Virus record (IMG/VR): IMGVR_UViG_3300017782_000009
DNA: 20,000 nt
Source: an uncultured virus (IMG/VR IMGVR_UViG_3300017782_000009)
Lineage: Duplodnaviria; Heunggongvirae; Uroviricota; Caudoviricetes
Reading direction: 5' to 3' (one strand)
A program made the translations under genes and the position numbers. The notes beneath the pieces are model-generated. The model was not told the DNA's origin. It was given only the letters and a program-made list of their open reading frames with translations, and made no database searches. Positions 9,078 through 16,033 of the stretch are shown here, piece by piece (position 1 is the first letter of the stretch; each line of letters starts with the position of its first letter).

Positions 9078-10172
9078 ATGAACAATTATATTTTTACAAG
9101 CGAAAGCGTAAGCAACGGACACCCAGATAAGGTAGCTGATCAAATTAGTGATGCACTTGTTGACGCTGGTCTAAAAGCAGGTGACGAAACTACTCGTGTT
9201 GCTGTAGAAACACTAGTAACTACTAACATGGTAACGTTAGCCGGAGAAGTAAAGAACTTTAATGTAAGCAAAGACGAAGTAAAAGAAATTGTCCGAAACA
9301 AAGTTAAAGAAATTGGTTACGAACAAGATGGCTTTCATTGGGAGAACTTAAAAATTTATAATGAAATACATAATCAAAGTTCGGACATTGCATTAGGTAC
9401 AGACGACTTTGGCGCAGGCGACCAAGGACTTATGTTTGGATATGCTTGCAACGATAATGAAGCATACATGCCTGCTCCAATATATTATGCACACAATATT
9501 TTAGAATCATTAAATACTGTTAGAAAAACTGTAGACTTTTTAGGACCAGATGCAAAGTCACAAGTAAGTATAGAGTATCAAGGACACAAACCAAAACGTG
9601 TTGATCAAATTGTTATCAGCACACAACACGCCGAAGGCAAAAACGAGATAGCTTCGGCACTAGCACAACAGTCAGCAGTTGCTGTATTAGGAGACTTAAT
9701 CGATGAAAAAACTACATGGCATCTTAACCCTACTGGAAATTTCGTTATTGGGGGTCCTGACGGTGATGCTGGTGTTACTGGGCGAAAAATTATTGTTGAT
9801 ACTTATGGGGGTTTTGCTCCTCATGGTGGCGGTGCGTTTAGTGGCAAAGACCCAACAAAAGTCGACAGAAGTGCAGCCTACATGGCCAGATGGCTCGCCA
9901 AAAATGTAGTAGCAGATGACATGGCAGATTGGTGTCAGATACAACTATCATATGCAATTGGTGTTAAAGAACCTACTAGCATCTATATTGATAGCAACGG
10001 ACATAATCGAAGTATTGAAAAGTTTATTCGTAACGAAATTGATCTAACACCTAAAGGAATAATTGATAGATTTGATCTGTTTAACTTCCATGAGTATAGT
10101 GCTAATTGCGTATACGGACATTTTGGAAATAAAGATGTTCCTTGGGAACAAATAGGATGGGAGAAATCATGA
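9078..10172 (+). CDS. metK: S-adenosylmethionine synthetase
   Basis: FTSESVSNGHPDKVADQISD, GAGDQGLMFGYA, PDAKSQV and GGPDGDAGVTGRKIIVDTYGG..HGGGAFSGKDPTKVDRSAAY. Confidence 0.98.
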   Translation: MNNYIFTSESVSNGHPDKVADQISDALVDAGLKAGDETTRVAVETLVTTNMVTLAGEVKNFNVSKDEVKEIVRNKVKEIGYEQDGFHWENLKIYNEIHNQSSDIALGTDDFGAGDQGLMFGYACNDNEAYMPAPIYYAHNILESLNTVRKTVDFLGPDAKSQVSIEYQGHKPKRVDQIVISTQHAEGKNEIASALAQQSAVAVLGDLIDEKTTWHLNPTGNFVIGGPDGDAGVTGRKIIVDTYGGFAPHGGGAFSGKDPTKVDRSAAYMARWLAKNVVADDMADWCQIQLSYAIGVKEPTSIYIDSNGHNRSIEKFIRNEIDLTPKGIIDRFDLFNFHEYSANCVYGHFGNKDVPWEQIGWEKS

Positions 10173-10327
10173 GTGACGAACAATGGGTAGATGACAGTTT
10201 AATGTTAACTAAGTTACACGACTTAGCAAGAGAACAAAATAATAAAGAGCTACGAGAAATAGCCGATAGGTTTAGTGATCTAATAAACCGAGCTCAGGGT
10301 CGTAGACATTGGACTGGCAATGAATAA
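10169..10327 (+). CDS. Small hypothetical helical protein (52 aa)
   Basis: ATGA overlap with metK, GGAG upstream. Confidence 0.65.
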   Translation: MSDEQWVDDSLMLTKLHDLAREQNNKELREIADRFSDLINRAQGRRHWTGNE

Positions 10328-10451
10328 ATGTAGTACATGTGGTGAAAGGGTATTTGAAATAAAGTATCATACCCCAGATCATCAACATGTATTTTGTGAT
10401 GCATATTGCTCACATGAATATTATAAACAAAGGAGAGACGATGAGACATAG
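10320..10451 (+). CDS. 43-aa treble-clef/TRASH(YHS)-like metal-binding protein (not in ORF track)
   Basis: Read manually: MNKCSTCGERVFEIKYHTPDHQHVFCDAYCSHEYYKQRRDDET, with CxxC-x18-CxxxC (FCxxxC). It overlaps both neighbours. Confidence 0.7.
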   Translation: MNKCSTCGERVFEIKYHTPDHQHVFCDAYCSHEYYKQRRDDET

Positions 10452-10665
10452 GATAGCAGGAGTAATTTTCCTAGCATTAGGAACATACTTCTTTATGCAG
10501 GATATGTTACCAGACTCAATGGGTGCAGGAGCCGCAATGACAACGCATCACGGAGTTCATAGCAATACATTACTAGGCTTAGGAGAAATGACATGGATGT
10601 GGTTTACAATGGCACTTGTACATTTCTTTATACGTGATTGTAATTGCAAGGAGTGTAACAAGTGA
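10441..10665 (+). CDS. Small membrane protein (74 aa), Met/His-rich with C-terminal CxCxxC
   Basis: AGGAG SD at 10431, then ATG 10441. Two hydrophobic segments flank an MTTHHGVH loop. Confidence 0.7.
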   Translation: MRHRIAGVIFLALGTYFFMQDMLPDSMGAGAAMTTHHGVHSNTLLGLGEMTWMWFTMALVHFFIRDCNCKECNK

Positions 10666-11435
10666 GAATTATAGCAGGACCATGTCAGCACGAGTCACTA
10701 GAGCAAAGTTTAAGAATTGCTGTAGAATGTAAACGTGTATGCGATAAACTTGGTATTGAATATTATTTCAAAGCAAGTTATGACAAAGCAAATCGCACAA
10801 GTGCATCTGGTATACGTGGCCAAGGTTTGGCTGCCACAATGGAAGACTTTAGATTTTTAAAACAAGAGTTGAATGTCAAGACACTAACTGATGTACACAA
10901 TCAAAATGAAATATTAAAAATTGGCGCATATTATGATGACGCTGTTGATGTTATACAGATACCTGCATTCCTTTGCAGACAAACAGACTTAATAAAAGCT
11001 GCATGTAAAACAGGTAAAATAGTAAATATAAAAAAAGGTCAGTTCTTAGCACCTTGGGATATGAAAGGTGTACTAAGTAAAACTAAAGGTGCAAAAGAAG
11101 TTTGGATAACTGAACGAGGAACTAGTTTTGGATATAATACTCTTGTCGTGGATTTCACTGGTCTACAGTATATGCTTGATAATTATGATGTGCCTATCGT
11201 GTTGGATGGCACTCACGCAGTACAGAAGCCGGGAGGACAGGGTGACTCTAGTGGCGGTAATCGTGATTATGTCCCTGGGCTCGTTCGTGCTGGGTCTGCT
11301 CTTGGGATCGACTCCTTCTTTATGGAAGTCCATGCTGACCCTGATGTAGCACCTAGTGACGGACCTAATATGTTACGACTAGAAGACTTTGAAGGAGTGG
11401 TACGTGACATCGTCAGCTATTCTTATACCAGCTAG
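10662..11435 (+). CDS. kdsA: KDO-8-phosphate synthase (metal-dependent class, Cys in AGPC)
   Basis: IIAGPC, FKASYDKANRTS, QIPAFLCRQTDL, NIKKGQFLAP, ERGTSFGY, DGTHAVQ and MEVH..PD.APSDG. Confidence 0.97.
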   Translation: MRIIAGPCQHESLEQSLRIAVECKRVCDKLGIEYYFKASYDKANRTSASGIRGQGLAATMEDFRFLKQELNVKTLTDVHNQNEILKIGAYYDDAVDVIQIPAFLCRQTDLIKAACKTGKIVNIKKGQFLAPWDMKGVLSKTKGAKEVWITERGTSFGYNTLVVDFTGLQYMLDNYDVPIVLDGTHAVQKPGGQGDSSGGNRDYVPGLVRAGSALGIDSFFMEVHADPDVAPSDGPNMLRLEDFEGVVRDIVSYSYTS

Positions 11436-12093
11436 ATATAACAGCACACGTTACCCTGGAAAGCCATTGTGTATGTTAGATGGTGTTCCCATGATAAAAC
11501 GTGTGTATGACGCTTGTATTGCGTCTAAGATACCAACATACGTGCTTACTGATGATATGCGTATTGCAGAAGTAATCCCTACTAGACATTCGTGGGTTGA
11601 CGAAGTAGATGAATATGCTAACGGTACAGAACGATGTGCAGGTGCTGTAAAACATTGTCCGTTGTTATCAGAGTACACTGAGTTTATTAATGTACAAGGT
11701 GACATGCCTGATGTTGACGTTGCTATGATACAACAAGTAAGTTGGCATCTAAAACATCACTCTGTAACAACAGCGTTTACAGAGATGCCTAAAGAAAAAC
11801 AAGATGACCCTAATACAGTTAAGATGGTACGTTCAGGAGATCGAGCTCTGTGGTTTGGCAGAGGCATGACTGGCTATGGCGATTGGCACTTAGGCATATA
11901 CGGATATAGAAGAGATGCATTAGAAAAATATTCAACACTTGAAGTAACACAAGAAGAAAATATTGAGCAACTAGAACAGTTGCGGTGGCTCAAAAACGGT
12001 TGGCAAATAGGTTGTTTGAGTGTACAATATAATGGAGTAGAAATAAACGCACCTGAGGATGTAGACTTATGGCACAAGATAAATTCCCAATAA
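11404..12093 (+). CDS. kdsB: CMP-Kdo synthetase (3-deoxy-manno-octulosonate cytidylyltransferase)
   Basis: IPARYNSTRYPGKPL, NGTERC, INVQGD.P, HLGIYGYR and EQLEQLRWL. GTG 11404 follows AGGAG. Confidence 0.95.
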   Translation: MTSSAILIPARYNSTRYPGKPLCMLDGVPMIKRVYDACIASKIPTYVLTDDMRIAEVIPTRHSWVDEVDEYANGTERCAGAVKHCPLLSEYTEFINVQGDMPDVDVAMIQQVSWHLKHHSVTTAFTEMPKEKQDDPNTVKMVRSGDRALWFGRGMTGYGDWHLGIYGYRRDALEKYSTLEVTQEENIEQLEQLRWLKNGWQIGCLSVQYNGVEINAPEDVDLWHKINSQ

Positions 12094-12536
12094 AAGATGT
12101 ATTAGCATCTATTGATCTAAACGGCAAAGGCGTTTGGAAAGAACTATCTCCCGAACAACAAAAGTCTGTAAGTTTTTGGTTGTTAAACAGATACGTTAGT
12201 GCTGTTAGAGGAAGCCGTGATAAACAAGAGATGGCTATATTCAAAGTTAACGAACACTACAACAAACATTTTAATACAATAGGTGTTGGTAAAGAAAAAG
12301 GACATCCACTACTAATGTGGCAACTATTGTGTACTAGTGGTAACTGGGGCGACATACAATTTCACCCATACATTGGTTTCAAGAAGAAAGGTGGCAATAA
12401 CAATCATGCAATCAAACTACTTGAACAAGTGTACCCTAACATGAAGACAGACGAGGTTGAATTACTTGCTAGAATATCTACAACAAAAGAACTTAAACAA
12501 CTCGCGGAAGAACATGACATTGCAACAAAACTCTAA
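12069..12536 (+). CDS. Clamp-loader small subunit, T4 gp62-like
   Basis: Pattern (DVLASID...FWLLNRYVS...VNE..N...LMWQLL...PYI..KK...IKLLEQVY...EVELL) parallels T4-type gp62. Size and replication context fit. Confidence 0.65.
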   Translation: MAQDKFPIKDVLASIDLNGKGVWKELSPEQQKSVSFWLLNRYVSAVRGSRDKQEMAIFKVNEHYNKHFNTIGVGKEKGHPLLMWQLLCTSGNWGDIQFHPYIGFKKKGGNNNHAIKLLEQVYPNMKTDEVELLARISTTKELKQLAEEHDIATKL

Positions 12537-13215
12537 ACCTAAACCGTTTGTATGTGAGTACTGTGGCACAGGATATTCCCGTGAAAAAACATTACTGGTC
12601 CATATGTGTGAGCAGAAACGCAGACACTTACAACAAAAAGAAAAACTTGTACAGTTAGGGTTTTATGCATTCAATCAGTTTTATAAATTAAGTGCAGGTG
12701 CAAGAAAAGATAAAACATATAAAGAGTTTTGTAAAAGTTCTTACTACAATGCATTTGTAAAGTTTGGAAGTTTTATTAATAATGTAAAGCCATTGTATCC
12801 TGAAAAGTATATTGACTATGTAGTAACTAGTGGAGTTAAACTTGACCACTGGTGTCGTGAAGACATGTATGAAAAATATGCAATTAACCTAATACGTAAA
12901 GAAGGTGTTGGAACAGCACTAGAACGTAGTGTAATGACTATGATGGAATGGGCTGAAGAAAACAATAGTGTATGGAATCATTATTTTAACTATGTAAGTT
13001 TAAATAGAGCGGTGTGGCACATAAAGGACGGAAAGATAAGTCCTTGGCTAGTGCTAAACTGTAATAGCGGAAAAGAAATGCTAGGTAAGTTTAACGATGA
13101 ACAATTAGGAATGATATATAGTATTACTGATCCCAAACATTGGGCTGTACGGTTTCAAAGACAGCCGTCAGATGTTGCTCTTGTAAAAGAAGTAGCAAAG
13201 GAGAGCAATTTATAA
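12514..13215 (+). CDS. Hypothetical protein with an N-terminal C2H2-like zinc finger
   Basis: KPFVCEYCGTGYSREKTLLVHMC (CxxC-x12-H). Overlaps the gp62-like gene; TAATG-coupled to the mini-DnaE. Confidence 0.8.
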   Translation: MTLQQNSKPKPFVCEYCGTGYSREKTLLVHMCEQKRRHLQQKEKLVQLGFYAFNQFYKLSAGARKDKTYKEFCKSSYYNAFVKFGSFINNVKPLYPEKYIDYVVTSGVKLDHWCREDMYEKYAINLIRKEGVGTALERSVMTMMEWAEENNSVWNHYFNYVSLNRAVWHIKDGKISPWLVLNCNSGKEMLGKFNDEQLGMIYSITDPKHWAVRFQRQPSDVALVKEVAKESNL

Positions 13216-13775
13216 TGCCAGATATTGATATAGATTTTGCTGATAGAAGTATTATATTAGACAAGATACAACACCGTGTAGCAAAACTAGATAGCGGTAA
13301 GAAACATAACACTGGGGTGTATGCTACAGAAATACCACACAATCCTGTAGATAATATATCTACAATCGAACACAAGACAGCAGAAGACAGAGGTTACTTT
13401 AAACTAGATTTTTTAAATGTGTCTATATACAAAGATGTTAAAGACGAGGCACATTTACAAGAACTTATGGAAAGGAAACCAATATGGCAACTACTGGAGC
13501 ACAAAGACTTCGTCGACAAAGTATTTCATCTCTCAGGGCACGACACTCTCTTAAAGCAATTGAAGCCTACTTCGGTACAACAATTGGCGGCTACACTGGC
13601 AATCATACGCCCAGCCAAGAGACACTTAGCAGACAAGAGCTGGGAAGAAATAGAAAAAGAAGTTTGGCTGAAACCAACAAACAATGAATATTATTTCAAG
13701 AAGGCTCACGCCTTTGCTTATGCAATGAGCGTAGTAGTGCATATGAATTTAATATGTGAGGAATTTAATCCTTAG
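13215..13775 (+). CDS. Miniature DnaE (family C DNA polymerase) catalytic-core protein, 186 aa
   Basis: MPDIDIDF, KHNTGVY, GYFKLDFL, VFHLSG, LKPTSVQQLAATLAIIRP and YYFKKAHAFAYA are collinear with DnaE motifs. GGAG SD and TAATG start. Confidence 0.85.
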   Translation: MPDIDIDFADRSIILDKIQHRVAKLDSGKKHNTGVYATEIPHNPVDNISTIEHKTAEDRGYFKLDFLNVSIYKDVKDEAHLQELMERKPIWQLLEHKDFVDKVFHLSGHDTLLKQLKPTSVQQLAATLAIIRPAKRHLADKSWEEIEKEVWLKPTNNEYYFKKAHAFAYAMSVVVHMNLICEEFNP

Positions 13776-14136
13776 GCTTTTTAACAAGTTGGACTTGTTT
13801 ACGTTTCACTCTTTTAATACTTAGATTGCCTAAGTTAACTGTTGGCCCTAGTGTAACCTTTACATCTTTACTATTCATTGTAATCATTGAATACCCAAGA
13901 CTTTGAATTTCGTTACGGAGAAAGATACTAATCGGAATCAATCGATTACTTTCCCACCACCATATGTCGCCCAAGTCTAGCAATAACTTTTTGTCTTCTT
14001 CTGTATGAAGTGATGTGTACACGTACATTGTAGTAACGTACTGATCTTGATTTACGATGATGCCGACGTACTCGTTGCCACCGTAATGCACAACACTTAT
14101 AAAGGGAAAATTTTCTTTAATATCTTTTAATAACAT
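13765..14136 (-). CDS. Hypothetical protein (123 aa)
   Basis: Clean ORF with YVGIIVNQD and WWWESNRLIPISIFL. Minus-strand TAAATA at 14179-14184 upstream. Confidence 0.8.
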   Translation of the reverse strand: MLLKDIKENFPFISVVHYGGNEYVGIIVNQDQYVTTMYVYTSLHTEEDKKLLLDLGDIWWWESNRLIPISIFLRNEIQSLGYSMITMNSKDVKVTLGPTVNLGNLSIKRVKRKQVQLVKKPKD

Positions 14137-14151
14137 TAGAACCTTTTTGTA

Positions 14152-14184
14152 ATAAATATACTTATGTTAACGTCAAGGTATTTA
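14152..14184. promoter_or_regulatory. Divergent late-like promoters
   Basis: ATAAATA on + (14152-14158), 5 nt before ATG 14164. TAAATA on - (14179-14184). Confidence 0.55.
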
Positions 14185-14943
14185 GTTCCTAATCAGACTA
14201 CAATTATTGCTAATGAAGCAGGATTCATAACGGAGTATAGACCAGTGTATCAAAGAAATCTAACAGTTTACAAAGGCATAGACAATGTGCTTGAGTTTCG
14301 TCTTAAAAACGGTGATCAAAAACCAATCGATGTCGCAGGCAAAACGCCTAAGTTTGTTGCCTTCGATGAAAATAAAAAACTAATTATTGAACACGATGGT
14401 GTGCTTAATGTCGGAGACGATAGTGCAGCAACTAGAGGATTGTTCAACGTAACTGTAACTGAAAACGATTTACTTAATGTTAAGCAACAATACTTGTCAT
14501 ATAGTCTATACCTAGTTGACGATACTACTGGTGCAAAAACAATTACATACAACGACGAAGCATTTGGTGCAACTGGCACAATCTACGTAAGTGCTACAGC
14601 ATTTCCTGGACCAGCTAACAGTTATTCAATTACAACATTCACACAAGCAGGCACAGTATGGAACAGTGAAACTATTACAGCCGAACCTGCTATTAACGGT
14701 AATGCTGCTTTACACACAGCCGCTATGTACACAGATAGTTACATAGGTGATATTGTAGTACAAGGTACACTAGACAACACTGTAGACGGCACTACACACT
14801 GGGCTGACATTGCTACTCTTACATTTACTGGTAGTGAATCAGAGCCAGTATCAGTTAACTTTAATGGTGTATTCAATCATCTACGCTTTAGTGCTAGTGC
14901 TGATCCTGACACAAAGGTTACTAAAATACTAGTAAGAAACTAG
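14164..14943 (+). CDS. Putative virion structural protein (beta-rich)
   Basis: Thr/Gly/Asn-rich composition, 'VYKGIDNVLEFRLKNGDQKPIDV' baseplate/Ig-like pattern and a late-type promoter. Confidence 0.55.
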   Translation: MLTSRYLVPNQTTIIANEAGFITEYRPVYQRNLTVYKGIDNVLEFRLKNGDQKPIDVAGKTPKFVAFDENKKLIIEHDGVLNVGDDSAATRGLFNVTVTENDLLNVKQQYLSYSLYLVDDTTGAKTITYNDEAFGATGTIYVSATAFPGPANSYSITTFTQAGTVWNSETITAEPAINGNAALHTAAMYTDSYIGDIVVQGTLDNTVDGTTHWADIATLTFTGSESEPVSVNFNGVFNHLRFSASADPDTKVTKILVRN

Positions 14944-14965
14944 ACTTTTCGGTAATCAAAACTCA

Positions 14966-14994
14966 TTGACTTTACTATAGATTTCTGCTATAAT
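14966..14994 (+). promoter_or_regulatory. Strong sigma70 promoter (extended -10) for the primase
   Basis: TTGACT (14966-14971), 17-bp spacer, TATAAT (14989-14994) preceded by TG (14986-14987). Confidence 0.85.
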
Positions 14995-15000
14995 ACTTGT

Positions 15001-15924
15001 ATGAGTATATTAGTTGACACTGTCCTTGCCTATTTGCCTGCTAAGAGGAAACAAACTCCTAGCGGATGGCTGTCCTTTAATGCACCTTGCTGTGTACATA
15101 ACGGTACAAGTGCTGATAAAAGACAACGTGGCGGTGTTATACAAAACGATGGCGGCGTTAGCTATCATTGTTTCAACTGTGGTTTTAAAGCCAGTTGGCA
15201 GCCGGGCAGAAACTTTTCTCATAAGATGCGAAAGCTCTTACAATGGCTAGGAGCACCTGATGATGTAATCAACAAGGTTGGTCTAGATGTTATGAGAGAA
15301 AATGAAGGAGTCGAGGCAAAAACTCGTATAGCCGAACTTCCAACATTTAGTTCTGTTCCGTTGCCCGAATCTGCTCGTAAGTTACAAGACTGGGCAGACT
15401 ACTGTGCAATGGAACCAGGTGGTGTAGACAAAAACTTAATAAAGATTTTTGAATACATGAAAGAGCGTAACTTGTACATTGATGACATGGACTACTATTG
15501 GACACCTGAACTAGGGTATCGTGATAGATTAATTATTCCTTTTTTATATGAAGGTAAGGTAGTAGGTTGGACAGCTCGTAGTATACTGCCAGACAAGAAG
15601 CCTAAGTACTTAACAGAAGTACAACCTGGATTTGTATTTGGTATGGACGAACAACGAATGCAAAAGATCTTTACTATACTATGTGAAGGTCAACTTGATG
15701 CAATACACGTTGAAGGATGTGCATTGGGTGGCAGTGAGATCAGTGATGGTCAAGCATTGTTGTTGAACAGAATAGGCAAAGAAGTTATAGTTGTTCCTGA
15801 CAGAGATAGTGCAGGAAGTAAACTAGTAGAACGTGCTATAGAATTAGGCTGGAGCGTTAGTTTGCCTGATTGGACTAGTGATATAAATGATATAGGTGAT
15901 TGTGTTAATGCACACGGTCGTTGA
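15001..15924 (+). CDS. DNA primase, T4 gp61-like (Zn-binding + TOPRIM); frame continues to 16005 past a TGA
   Basis: FNAPCC...RGG...YHCFNCGF zinc domain, RLIIPF, GWTAR, PKY, CEGQLDA, PDRD and DIGD. Confidence 0.9.
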   Translation: MSILVDTVLAYLPAKRKQTPSGWLSFNAPCCVHNGTSADKRQRGGVIQNDGGVSYHCFNCGFKASWQPGRNFSHKMRKLLQWLGAPDDVINKVGLDVMRENEGVEAKTRIAELPTFSSVPLPESARKLQDWADYCAMEPGGVDKNLIKIFEYMKERNLYIDDMDYYWTPELGYRDRLIIPFLYEGKVVGWTARSILPDKKPKYLTEVQPGFVFGMDEQRMQKIFTILCEGQLDAIHVEGCALGGSEISDGQALLLNRIGKEVIVVPDRDSAGSKLVERAIELGWSVSLPDWTSDINDIGDCVNAHGR

Positions 15925-16033
15925 TACACACTGTACAGTATTGTAAGTAGTGCAGAATCAAGTGCATTAAAGATAAGACTAAAAGCCAAAAAGTGGTTTA
16001 CATGAACAGTAACGTAGGATATATAATATTAAT

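Noticed and set aside
10387..10440. Longer start for the membrane ORF (92 aa)
   Set aside because: The strong SD is at 10431 before ATG 10441, and the upstream bases encode the 43-aa Cys protein in another frame.
9078..12093. Interpretation as a bacterial chromosome fragment (metK, kdsA, kdsB)
   Set aside because: These genes overlap directly with phage-type genes (gp62-like, UvsW, gp61/gp41-like nearby) in one compact run with similar composition.
13140..13214. N-terminal extension of the DnaE-like ORF from the ORF track
   Set aside because: It overlaps the upstream gene and shows no DnaE similarity. The SD and TAATG point to ATG 13215.
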